DNA from: an uncultured virus (IMG/VR IMGVR_UViG_3300042486_000977)
Lineage: Duplodnaviria; Heunggongvirae; Uroviricota; Caudoviricetes
Length of the DNA: 20,000 nucleotides
Reading direction: 5' to 3' (one strand)
Virus record (IMG/VR): IMGVR_UViG_3300042486_000977
Below, in pieces: positions 1 to 8,988 of the stretch. Made by a program: the position numbers and the translations under genes. Position 1 is the stretch's first letter. Each line of letters opens with the position of its first letter. The notes beneath the pieces are model-generated. The model saw only the letters and a program-made list of their open reading frames with translations, made no database searches and had not been told where the DNA came from.

Positions 1-2
1 CT

Positions 3-1580
3 AATCTTGGTAAATTAATTGTTACAGGAAATACAGGTACACCTCCATTTATTTATAATTGGTCAAGTAATGTACCAAACGCAAGTTTGACTGCAAGTAC
101 TGTTACGGGATTATCCGCAGGAAGTTATAGTGTAATAGTAACTGACTCAACAGGATGTCAAGTTACTAAAGGTGCAACTGTTGGGTACGTTCCTAATTTT
201 GGATTAACATATTATACCGCAACACAAGCGTCTTGTCTTTCTGATGATGGTACAGTTACATTTTATTTATCAGGAGGTACCCCACCGTATTATTACATAT
301 TATCAAATGGTGACTCCGCAATAAGTTATAATCAAAGTTATACTTTTAGTGGTTTAGCGGCTAACACATACTCAATCCAAGCGGTTGATTTAGCGTTGTG
401 TACGTTTACACAACCTTTCCAAATCCCAATGGATGGTAACTTTAATGTGATTGGAGTTAGTACTACAGGTGTAACTTGTACTTCAAATGGTATATTGTCA
501 GTTAATTTAATTGGTAATCCTCCATTCACGTACAATTTAACTAATAGTTATAGTGAAAGTCAAACAATCGTTACCCAAGTAAGTAACTATCAGTTTACTA
601 ATTTAACTGCGGACACTTACACTTTAGTTGTTTCAGATTACCTTGGTACTTGTGAATACACTGATACATATGTTATTAGTGGTTTGACTAATTTTAGTAT
701 ATCTACAACATCTACGGACACTACTTGTATGTCGGATAACGGTGAAATTGTTGTAACAGTTACTCCTAATAATTCTACAACATTTACTTATGATTTACAA
801 GGTATTGAAAATTCAGGACCAATTAATGATACAACATATACATTTTCAGGATTAACAACAGGAATTTATACTTTAACTGTTACTGATGAAAGTGGGTGTA
901 CCCAAAGTCAATCAATCACCCTTATCAATGAGTCAATGGTTAATTTTAACCTTTACGCCACAAGTTGCGGATTAGGTTCACAAGGTACTGTAAGCGCGGT
1001 TATTACTGATGGAACCCCACCGTTTACATTTAATTGGACGGGAGATTCAGTTGGATATCAAACAGGTGTTTATTTAACGGGTTTAACAGCTGGTAGTTAT
1101 GTTTTACAATTAATTGATAGTAATGGATGTGAATTAACAAAGTCAATAACGGTTAGTTGTGGTAATTTAATATCGGCATCTTACCAAGTATTTAATATTT
1201 GTGAAAGTGAATTTCTTGAGGTTCCTAACCAAAAAAGAGGATTAACACAAATGTTAAATGAAGGATACCAAGATTTAATTAATGGTGATATATGTCAATT
1301 AAATTATGCTAATTTTAACACAGTTATTACTGTTGGTAGTAATGTTTATACAGAAACTTTCTTTACTACCACATCATTAGGGAATGTTCCTACGGATGAT
1401 TTATGGATAGCATCAATTGAAAATCTATTAGGTTCGGCATATGGTATTGGTAGTCTTAGTATTAATTCAAGTCAAAATATAGTGTTAATATTATCTGATT
1501 GTAATCTTTCTTATGATATATTACAAGACCAAAATATTAAAATTGATTTACAAATACAGTACGATATAAGCTGTCAATAA
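3..1580 (+). CDS. SprB-like repeat (Ig-like, Cys-containing) structural/adhesin protein, 5'-truncated by the window
   Basis: The frame is open from position 3 (NLGKLIVTGNTGTPPFIYNWSS...), so the TTG start at 87 in the ORF track is not the true start. At least 5 repeats of ~80 aa follow the pattern C...G.(I/V).V...GG.PP(Y/F).(Y/F).W...GL.AG.Y...V.D..GC, typical of SprB repeats. A non-repetitive C-terminal domain of ~135 aa ends in YDISCQ. Confidence 0.8.
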   Translation, partial: NLGKLIVTGNTGTPPFIYNWSSNVPNASLTASTVTGLSAGSYSVIVTDSTGCQVTKGATVGYVPNFGLTYYTATQASCLSDDGTVTFYLSGGTPPYYYILSNGDSAISYNQSYTFSGLAANTYSIQAVDLALCTFTQPFQIPMDGNFNVIGVSTTGVTCTSNGILSVNLIGNPPFTYNLTNSYSESQTIVTQVSNYQFTNLTADTYTLVVSDYLGTCEYTDTYVISGLTNFSISTTSTDTTCMSDNGEIVVTVTPNNSTTFTYDLQGIENSGPINDTTYTFSGLTTGIYTLTVTDESGCTQSQSITLINESMVNFNLYATSCGLGSQGTVSAVITDGTPPFTFNWTGDSVGYQTGVYLTGLTAGSYVLQLIDSNGCELTKSITVSCGNLISASYQVFNICESEFLEVPNQKRGLTQMLNEGYQDLINGDICQLNYANFNTVITVGSNVYTETFFTTTSLGNVPTDDLWIASIENLLGSAYGIGSLSINSSQNIVLILSDCNLSYDILQDQNIKIDLQIQYDISCQ

Positions 1581-1586
1581 GATTAA

Positions 1587-2630
1587 ATGTGTCTAATTAC
1601 GTTAAATATTATCACGGGAACCCCACCATATACGGTTGAGGTTTGTGATGTTTTTGGTAGTAATTGTGTTACTGTCGCTTATATTACTGGTTATGTACCA
1701 CCCGAATTTGATGTTATTGTTCCTCCACCATATGATGTTGCTCCTATTTTAAAAGTTAGAGTTTATGATGCTAATGGGTGTATACAGGATAGTAATATGA
1801 CAATGATGAGTCCGACACCGGCAAATTCAAGTACACCAACCCCGACAGTTACCCCAAGTATTACTCCTACAAATACTGTAACTCCAACAGTTACTCCAAG
1901 TTCTCAATCACCAACACCTACTCCAACACCTACTCAAACACCTGGTTCACCTACCCCAACACCAACAAAAACTCAAACTCCAACTGTAACGGCAACACCG
2001 ACTAAAACACCAACAAAGACTCCGACAGTTACTCCTACAATGACACCGTCATCATCACCATTACCACCAACTAAAGCATTCTTATTTATTGAACCTTATA
2101 GTGGTTCAAGTAGTATTGGTAGTTTTATGTTTGCTTCATTAGGTTCAGGGTTTTACGGATTTACAAATGGTACTCAACCTACTCAAACTCAATCAACATT
2201 TAATGTTGAACTTAATACATATGTTGATTTTTCAGGATGGACAACAGGATTATTCCCACCGATTATTAATCAAGATGTTCCTCAATCAACAGGTGGGGTG
2301 GATTCGTATGGTAATCCAATAATTGCTTATAACTTTAAAACAACTATAGTGTCTGCTAACACTGTTTCGTCAGGAAAATCTTGGTTTACTTGGATGATAC
2401 CAACAGGACAAACTAATGGATTATATCAAATAAAGATTGATTATGGTACATCAAGTCCTACAATATTATCAACTGTACTAACAGAACCTACAATATATTC
2501 ATACTACTTTACATATACCGGTAATACAATTCCAAAAACAACATATAGGGTTTATACCACATATCCGTCAACTAACTTTGAGTTATTGAATAGCTCAGCG
2601 ATTTACTTTAAAGGAAATACAGTTAGCTGA
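1587..2630 (+). CDS. Modular protein: four-Cys N-terminal module + Pro/Thr linker + unknown aromatic/Thr-rich C-terminal domain (putative virion appendage)
   Basis: 347-aa ORF. Residues 2-65 align without gaps to the N-terminus of 14665..16671, followed by a ~88-aa PT/TP tract. No signal peptide or TM segment is visible. Confidence 0.75.
   Translation: MCLITLNIITGTPPYTVEVCDVFGSNCVTVAYITGYVPPEFDVIVPPPYDVAPILKVRVYDANGCIQDSNMTMMSPTPANSSTPTPTVTPSITPTNTVTPTVTPSSQSPTPTPTPTQTPGSPTPTPTKTQTPTVTATPTKTPTKTPTVTPTMTPSSSPLPPTKAFLFIEPYSGSSSIGSFMFASLGSGFYGFTNGTQPTQTQSTFNVELNTYVDFSGWTTGLFPPIINQDVPQSTGGVDSYGNPIIAYNFKTTIVSANTVSSGKSWFTWMIPTGQTNGLYQIKIDYGTSSPTILSTVLTEPTIYSYYFTYTGNTIPKTTYRVYTTYPSTNFELLNSSAIYFKGNTVS
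1809..2072 (+). repeat. Pro/Thr low-complexity linker (TPTPT/TPTVT/TPTKT)
   Basis: Translation [30 protein letters not shown]...[26 protein letters not shown], with degenerate codons. Confidence 0.9.
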
Positions 2631-2644
2631 TAATTATATTATAT

Positions 2645-5600
2645 ATGTCATCATTTCCGTATAAGAATCCTATTAGCTCAGAACAATTAAACGGTGTTCA
2701 ATCAGTTCAAAGAAGTGAAGTTTTTGGAACAAATTTTTCCGTTTTATCTGTTGGCGGATATATGGAAGTATTCAATACGTCCGATTTAATTTATACAATA
2801 AATGGATTAGGTCCTATTGAATATAGTGGAAATACAATCCCAATTGATTTTTTAAAAGGAACAGGGGACCCTTGGTCTCCTGATGTTTTAACACTTAACT
2901 CAGATAACATTTCATCAGGTAGACGACGACTTGGTATGTTGGTTTATGTATATGAAAATGACCAAACATATCAATTTAGAATTGACAATTACGAGTCATT
3001 ATGGAGTGCTGCGACGGCTAGTACTGGTACTGTTGTAATCTCAGATTTTGGAACAACAGTTTATAATTCAAGTGTTGATGGTCAAAATTTTATTAATGCT
3101 TGGACTGCATCAACTATTGAAGATATAAGCGGGGCAACACACTCATCTGCGGTATGGAAAAAATATAGTACAGGTGGTGGTAGCGGTTCCACATCTGCGG
3201 ATACCTTGTATATCACAGGGACAGGAGTTAACTCAACTATAAGATGTGGAGTATCAAATACTTCTGCGGGTGATTATGGGGGGTCTTTAGCAGGTTCGGG
3301 TAACACCGCAAGTGGTAATTATTCATTTGTTGGTGGAGGTTTGGGTAATAGTTCTTCAGGTAATTATTCATTTGTTGGTGGTGGACAAAGTAACACTGCA
3401 AGTGGATATAGGTCAACCGTAGGTGGTGGACAACTAAACACCGCAAGTAATTATTATTCAACCGTAAGTGGAGGACGGGATAACACCGCAAGTAATAGTT
3501 ACTCAACTGTAGGTGGTGGTAAATGTAATATAGTTACTGGTAAAGGTGTGTGCTCCTCAATTTTAGGGGGTAACTATAATAGTGTTGAATTACCGGCTTC
3601 CTCAATTTTAGGAGGATTAGGTAATATAGTTAAATCTTTTGCTGGTAATATTAATGGAGGGGTCTCTAATATTATTGGTAGTTGTGCAACCTTTTCAAAT
3701 GTATATTGTACTGATTCTGCGTATAATAGAGTTGTTTTAGGGGGAGATGTTACCACATCATATCCTGTTGGTAATACCGTCCAATTTTTTAATAGTCCTG
3801 ATAGTGAGTTAATTAGGGGGAGTATCACTAACTCAACATATAGTGGTGGATATACTTGTTTAGATTTGTCAGTTAGTACTGGGTCAAATACATATAATAC
3901 TCCAATCGTTAATCTTGATAATATAAACAACTATGGATGTTATCACAGCATCAATGGGGGAAGTTATAATACCATTAGTTCTCCATCCTACTCAACAATT
4001 GGAGGGGGGTGTTGTAATACTACGAGTGGGGACTATTCATTCATTGGTGGAGGGGCTTGTAATACCGCAAACGGAGGTGCGTCCACCATAGGTGGAGGGA
4101 TAGGTAATATATCAAGTAATTCATTCTCCACCATAGGTGGAGGGGTTAGTAATACTTCAAGTGGACATTATTCAGCTATCGGTGGGGGGTGTGTTAATAC
4201 CTCAAGTGGTTTTCAGTCATTCATTGGGGGAGGTTATCTTAACACCTCAAGTGGTTATAATTCAACCATAGGTGGAGGAAGACAAAATACTTCAAGTGGT
4301 TGCCGGTCATTTATTGGTGGAGGGGCTAGTAATACCTCTAGTGGTTGGTATTCCACCGTAAGTGGTGGGTATAAAAATACCTCAAGTGGTTCTACCTCAT
4401 CAGTTGTTGGTGGTTTCTGTAATGTTGCAGGTGGTGCATGTTCATTCATCGGTGGTGGTTGTTGTAATTCTACGAGTGCTATAAATTCGTTTATTGGTGC
4501 TGGTATTTCTAACAGAGTAACAGGTTCTACCTCATCAGTTGTTGGTGGTGTCTGTAATGTTGCTGTAGGTAATTGTTCGTTTATTGGTGGAGGTTTTTGT
4601 AACACTGGTAGCGGTAATTATTCAATCGTAGGTAGTGGAATTAGGAATACCTCAAGTGGAACTAGGTCAACAGTAGTCGGAGGTTGTTGTAATTCTGCGA
4701 GTGGTTGCGAATCGTTTATTGGTGGTGGGTTTAGACATACATCAAGTGGAAGTAGGTCAACAATTTCAGGAGGATATAGAAATTTAACTCAAGGTTCGGT
4801 TTCATTCATAGGTGGAGGTGTCTGTAATAATGTTTGTAATTCTACAGATACTTGTTTGGCGACAGGTTCAGTAATTGCTGGAGGTATTGGTAATAATACT
4901 TTAGGTGGAACATTTGTTTTATCATCTAGTACCTTCACAGTTGCTCCAACATTAGTTAGGACTTGTACCTACACATTTATTGGTGGAGGTTTTCAAAACA
5001 GAGTAACTGGAACAACATCGTCTGTAGTTGGAGGTCTTTGTAATATTGCAGGTGGGGATTATTCATTTATTGGTGGAGGAACTGGAAACACTGCAAGTGG
5101 AGGTGTTTCAACCGTAGGCGGAGGAATATGTAATAACATTTCTGGTAGTGGTACTTTTTCAACAATAAGTGGTGGATATAAAAACACCGTATCAGGTCAT
5201 TATTCATTCATAGGAGGAGGTAGTGGTCATACCGTTACATCGTCAGGGTCAACTGTAAGTGGTGGATTTTGTAACACCGCAAGTGGGTCATATTCATTCA
5301 TTGGTGGAGGACGCAGTAACATCGCAAGTGGGACAACATCCAATATTTCCGGAGGACTTTGTAATATTGCCGGTGGAGCATGTTCATTCATTGGCGGAGG
5401 TTGTTGTAACACCGCAAGTGGAGTAATATCAACAATTAGTGGTGGTTATAAAAATATTGCATCTGGTAGTACATCATCAGTTTTAAACGGAAATACTAAC
5501 ATTGCTGGTGGTGGATGTTCAACGGTTTTAAATGGTTCAAGTAATAACACTCTTGGTTGTTCCTCATTTATAGGTGGAGGTTTACTAAATAGGACAACAA

Positions 5601-7270
5601 CTAACGCATCATTCTCATCGGTTGTTAACGGACAATCAAATTGTAGTGACGCTTGTTTTACGTCAATTGTAGGGGGTGTTAGTAACTGTATAACTGCGTC
5701 AAACTGTTACTCTTCAATTGTTGGAGGTAAATCTAACGTAATATGTAGTACGTCAAACTGTTCATTTATAGGTGGTGGGACATTAAATATTGCCGCAGGA
5801 CAGTCATCAGGTGTTGTTGCCGGTAGTTCAAACACCGCACTTTGTTCTTGTTCTTTTGTCGGAGCAGGACAATTTAACTCATCTTGTTCTATATTTTCAT
5901 TCGTAGGCGGTGGTCAGTGTAATATCGTTACAGGTACGACTTCGGCGATAGTTGGAGGTTTTTGTAACAGAGCTCAAGGTATATATTCTTTTGTCGGAGC
6001 GGGAACAGGTAATACTGTTACAGGAGCTTACTCATCAGCATTTGGATGTGGATTAAATGCTACCGCTAGTTGTACGTTATATGCTAATAATATAATAACA
6101 GGAGGTTTTTCGGCAACAACAATATCGGCATCAACTATATCAACACCATTTACAACAGGTTCTGTTATATTCCAAGGTAGTGGTGGGACTTTATCACAGA
6201 ATAATTCAAATCTATTTTGGGATAATACAAACAATAGGTTGGGGATTGGTACAACTTCACCTGCTGATTTGTTAACTATTAACGCGAACGCAGCAAATGC
6301 AAGAATTAGGTATAATAATTCTAATAGCGTACAATGGACAGCAGGAAATAACTCTTCGGACAATTCATTTAGAATTGGAAGTGCTACGAATTTTCAATTT
6401 GCGATATTTCAAGCGACAGGTAATGTCCTTCTCCAAAACGGAGGTACATTTACTGACGCAGGTTATAAGTTAGACGTGAATGGAACAACAATGCTTCGTG
6501 GTATTGTGTATGGTGTTGGTTCGGGTGGTGCGGCAGTTCAATTGCTTTCAACTGTAAGTACGAATATTGGTGTTATAGGCGGCAATGCTTCTAATCCTTT
6601 AAGATTACTTGGTCAATACTTGCAGTTTTATGTAGGTAATACACAAATGGGATTGTTTCAACCAACAACAGGTAATTTTGTTCTTCAAAATGGTGGAACT
6701 TTTTTAGATGCAGGTTATAGATTAGATGTTATTGGAACAACAAGATTATCAGCGGCAACAGGAACAAGTTTAACAGTAATTAGTTCAGGTAATAGTACAT
6801 CGGCACCTGTCTTTTCAGTACAAGGTTCACAAGGTGAGTTGTTTAGTGTTACAGATAGTTTAACAGGTTCGTTATTCTCTGTAAGTGATATTTCAGGTTT
6901 ACCAATAATGGAGGTATTCTCTGATAGTACAATAGTACTTGGAGATTACCAAGCTCCATCACTTTATACGACAAAACGTGTCACATCAATTACTGCATCT
7001 ACAGGTACGACAATTTATTCATTCCCAACAAGTGCTTACACTTCTTCATTTGTTGATTATTTTGTATCAGGTAGTACAGGATTGAGAGCTGGAAATATGA
7101 TGGCAATATGGAGTGGTAGTACAGTTAACTTTACTGAAACATCAACTAATGATATAGGGGTAACAACTCCTGTAACACTTGGTTATGTGATGTCAGGTTC
7201 AAGTGCTGTATTACGAGCATCCGCATCAACAGGTACTTGGATTGTGGAATCAATATTAAGAGGATTATAA
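2645..7270 (+). CDS. Long tail fibre/spike-like protein with ~50-55 15-aa Gly-rich beta-roll repeats (trimeric autotransporter head-like)
   Basis: 1541 aa. The N-terminal domain contains RRRLGMLVYVYENDQTYQF. A long array of S.(I/V)GGG..N.(A/S)SG.. repeats is followed by fibre-shaft motifs (LFWDNTNNRLGIGTTSP; two TGNxxLQNGGTFxDAGYxLDV) and a C-terminal beta-rich domain. No signal peptide, autotransporter anchor or S74 domain. Confidence 0.75.
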   Translation: MSSFPYKNPISSEQLNGVQSVQRSEVFGTNFSVLSVGGYMEVFNTSDLIYTINGLGPIEYSGNTIPIDFLKGTGDPWSPDVLTLNSDNISSGRRRLGMLVYVYENDQTYQFRIDNYESLWSAATASTGTVVISDFGTTVYNSSVDGQNFINAWTASTIEDISGATHSSAVWKKYSTGGGSGSTSADTLYITGTGVNSTIRCGVSNTSAGDYGGSLAGSGNTASGNYSFVGGGLGNSSSGNYSFVGGGQSNTASGYRSTVGGGQLNTASNYYSTVSGGRDNTASNSYSTVGGGKCNIVTGKGVCSSILGGNYNSVELPASSILGGLGNIVKSFAGNINGGVSNIIGSCATFSNVYCTDSAYNRVVLGGDVTTSYPVGNTVQFFNSPDSELIRGSITNSTYSGGYTCLDLSVSTGSNTYNTPIVNLDNINNYGCYHSINGGSYNTISSPSYSTIGGGCCNTTSGDYSFIGGGACNTANGGASTIGGGIGNISSNSFSTIGGGVSNTSSGHYSAIGGGCVNTSSGFQSFIGGGYLNTSSGYNSTIGGGRQNTSSGCRSFIGGGASNTSSGWYSTVSGGYKNTSSGSTSSVVGGFCNVAGGACSFIGGGCCNSTSAINSFIGAGISNRVTGSTSSVVGGVCNVAVGNCSFIGGGFCNTGSGNYSIVGSGIRNTSSGTRSTVVGGCCNSASGCESFIGGGFRHTSSGSRSTISGGYRNLTQGSVSFIGGGVCNNVCNSTDTCLATGSVIAGGIGNNTLGGTFVLSSSTFTVAPTLVRTCTYTFIGGGFQNRVTGTTSSVVGGLCNIAGGDYSFIGGGTGNTASGGVSTVGGGICNNISGSGTFSTISGGYKNTVSGHYSFIGGGSGHTVTSSGSTVSGGFCNTASGSYSFIGGGRSNIASGTTSNISGGLCNIAGGACSFIGGGCCNTASGVISTISGGYKNIASGSTSSVLNGNTNIAGGGCSTVLNGSSNNTLGCSSFIGGGLLNRTTTNASFSSVVNGQSNCSDACFTSIVGGVSNCITASNCYSSIVGGKSNVICSTSNCSFIGGGTLNIAAGQSSGVVAGSSNTALCSCSFVGAGQFNSSCSIFSFVGGGQCNIVTGTTSAIVGGFCNRAQGIYSFVGAGTGNTVTGAYSSAFGCGLNATASCTLYANNIITGGFSATTISASTISTPFTTGSVIFQGSGGTLSQNNSNLFWDNTNNRLGIGTTSPADLLTINANAANARIRYNNSNSVQWTAGNNSSDNSFRIGSATNFQFAIFQATGNVLLQNGGTFTDAGYKLDVNGTTMLRGIVYGVGSGGAAVQLLSTVSTNIGVIGGNASNPLRLLGQYLQFYVGNTQMGLFQPTTGNFVLQNGGTFLDAGYRLDVIGTTRLSAATGTSLTVISSGNSTSAPVFSVQGSQGELFSVTDSLTGSLFSVSDISGLPIMEVFSDSTIVLGDYQAPSLYTTKRVTSITASTGTTIYSFPTSAYTSSFVDYFVSGSTGLRAGNMMAIWSGSTVNFTETSTNDIGVTTPVTLGYVMSGSSAVLRASASTGTWIVESILRGL
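3250..6095 (+). repeat. 45-nt / 15-aa degenerate tandem coding repeat array, interrupted at ~3682-3945 and ~4830-4975
   Basis: Example units: SGNYSFVGGGLGNSS / SGNYSFVGGGQSNTA / SGYRSTVGGGQLNTA. An exact 23-nt repeat lies at 3314-3336 and 3359-3381 (45 nt apart). A 41-nt repeat with one mismatch lies at 4388-4428 and 4523-4563 (135 nt apart). Confidence 0.9.
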
Positions 7271-7271
7271 T

Positions 7272-7952
7272 ATGGCGTTTCAATATTCACCTAAAATAGT
7301 TACGGACGGATTAGTGTTGTATTTGGATGCTGCAAATACTAAATCTTATGTTAGTGGAAGTACTACTTGGAATGATATTTCAAGAAGTAATGTTAATGGT
7401 ACGTTAATTAATGAACCTACATTTAATAGTAGTAATGGTGGAAGTATAATATTTGATGGGAGTAATGATTATGTAGATATTAGCACTACTCCAAACTTAA
7501 CAAATCCTTTAACTATATGTGCTTTTATAAATACCTCTGTTACAACAGGTTCAAATCAAGTAATATACGGTCCATCAGCAAACGGACAAGATAATTGGCT
7601 TTCTATATCAAATAACAGAGCTCAGATATTTGCAACACAAACATCAGACGTGAATAATTTTTCAATCACAGGAACTAAAACTATACAAGCAAATACTTGG
7701 TACCATATTACAGGAATTGTTAATAATAATGTAACATCACTATACATAAACGGAGTATTTGAAGTAGCATCTTCTGCGCAAGCATTTACAATAGGTGGCT
7801 GGAACTCCACAGCTCGAATAGGACAAAGAGCAACAGGTCAATTTCCCTTTAATGGTAGAATAGCTAGCGTATACGGATATAACAGAGCACTCACAGCCCA
7901 AGAAATACTCCAAAACTACAACGCAACTAAATCAAGATTTGGATTGACATAA
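7272..7952 (+). CDS. LamG/concanavalin A-like jelly-roll (lectin-like) protein
   Basis: Motifs IVTDGLVLYLDAAN..SY..SGTTW.D.S-like, FDGSNDYV, NTWYHITG, LYINGV and FNGRIASVYGYNRALTAQEILQNYNATKSRF match the phage LamG_3-like family. Confidence 0.85.
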   Translation: MAFQYSPKIVTDGLVLYLDAANTKSYVSGSTTWNDISRSNVNGTLINEPTFNSSNGGSIIFDGSNDYVDISTTPNLTNPLTICAFINTSVTTGSNQVIYGPSANGQDNWLSISNNRAQIFATQTSDVNNFSITGTKTIQANTWYHITGIVNNNVTSLYINGVFEVASSAQAFTIGGWNSTARIGQRATGQFPFNGRIASVYGYNRALTAQEILQNYNATKSRFGLT

Positions 7953-7953
7953 T

Positions 7954-8712
7954 ATGGCGGGAAATATATCACTAAATTTAGTAACAGATGGTTTAATACT
8001 ATATTTAGACCCTGTTAACCCTAAAAGTTATATTAGTGGAAGTACTTTAATTACCAATTTAAGTAATAGTGTAAATAGTACTATTACAGGTACCTATGGT
8101 ATTGATACGTCAACATATGGAATACCTGTATTAACTTTAAATAACACAGGTACAACAAGTAATGGTCAAGTACAGGTAGTGACACAGAATTTAGATACAC
8201 TAGCTCAAACTCAAAATTTTACAGTAATGTTTGCTGCTAGAAAAAATTTCTATGGTGTTGGTGGGAATAATATTGGTAATAGTCAAATATTTGTTGGAGC
8301 ATCAAACGGATACAATACTGGTTGGAGAATTACGGAAGGGTCACAAGGAACACCAGGTGCTCCATTTACTGGAAATTTTTTTACAAACAATCAAATTTTT
8401 TCATTTGGGTATAACGATATTAATACATCACTACAAGTAACTTCACCTGTCAACACAGGAAACCAAATGTGTATATGTGCATTTAGTGTGTCTACTTCAA
8501 CAATTTTGGGGTTTGCTAACGGAAGAACAAACTCTAGGTCAAATCCGTTAACATATGCTTCAGGTACTAACTTATCTGTAATATCTTCAACACAAGGTGG
8601 TGCCGGTTCTTGGAATGGGTTTGTTGGATTTTTTATGATATATAATAGAGCATTGTCGTTAGCTGAAATTACTCAAAACTATAATACGATGAGAAATAGA
8701 TATAAAATATAA
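7954..8712 (+). CDS. LamG/concanavalin A-like protein, divergent paralogue of 7272..7952
   Basis: Shares its termini with the upstream gene (LVTDGLILYLDPVNPKSYISGST; WNG.VG.FMIYNRALSLAEITQNYNTMRNRY). The central part is strongly diverged. Confidence 0.8.
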   Translation: MAGNISLNLVTDGLILYLDPVNPKSYISGSTLITNLSNSVNSTITGTYGIDTSTYGIPVLTLNNTGTTSNGQVQVVTQNLDTLAQTQNFTVMFAARKNFYGVGGNNIGNSQIFVGASNGYNTGWRITEGSQGTPGAPFTGNFFTNNQIFSFGYNDINTSLQVTSPVNTGNQMCICAFSVSTSTILGFANGRTNSRSNPLTYASGTNLSVISSTQGGAGSWNGFVGFFMIYNRALSLAEITQNYNTMRNRYKI

Positions 8713-8715
8713 CAT

Positions 8716-8988
8716 ATGGAAACACAATTACAAGATTACGGACAAAGAGAATTTATGATTTTTAACGTAAGTGAATTACCACTTATTGATTTTACGCAAG
8801 TTTTAGAAACATCAATAGATACCGTTAGAAAGTCGGTTGATGAAACAAAGACATTTGTTAAATGGGATGGTGATGTCGTTCCATCAAGTGTGGATTCTTT
8901 AACAACTAAAGAAGGACCATACTCTTATGAAGAAATATTAACAATTTTACAAACTCCTGAATGGACATCTCCTGAACCAATTATATGA
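8716..8988 (+). CDS. Small acidic hypothetical protein (possible fibre adaptor/assembly factor)
   Basis: 90-aa ORF that fills the gap between LamG genes and has an ATGA overlap with the next gene. It is D/E-rich, unlike its neighbours. Function is inferred from context only. Confidence 0.7.
   Translation: METQLQDYGQREFMIFNVSELPLIDFTQVLETSIDTVRKSVDETKTFVKWDGDVVPSSVDSLTTKEGPYSYEEILTILQTPEWTSPEPII

Noticed and set aside
87..89. TTG start of the first ORF as given in the track
   Set aside because: The frame is open upstream to position 3 and encodes more SprB-like sequence, so the gene starts before the window.
3250..6095. 45-nt periodic repeats as a CRISPR array
   Set aside because: They are degenerate at third codon positions, in frame within a CDS, have no constant repeat/unique spacer pattern, and no cas genes are present.
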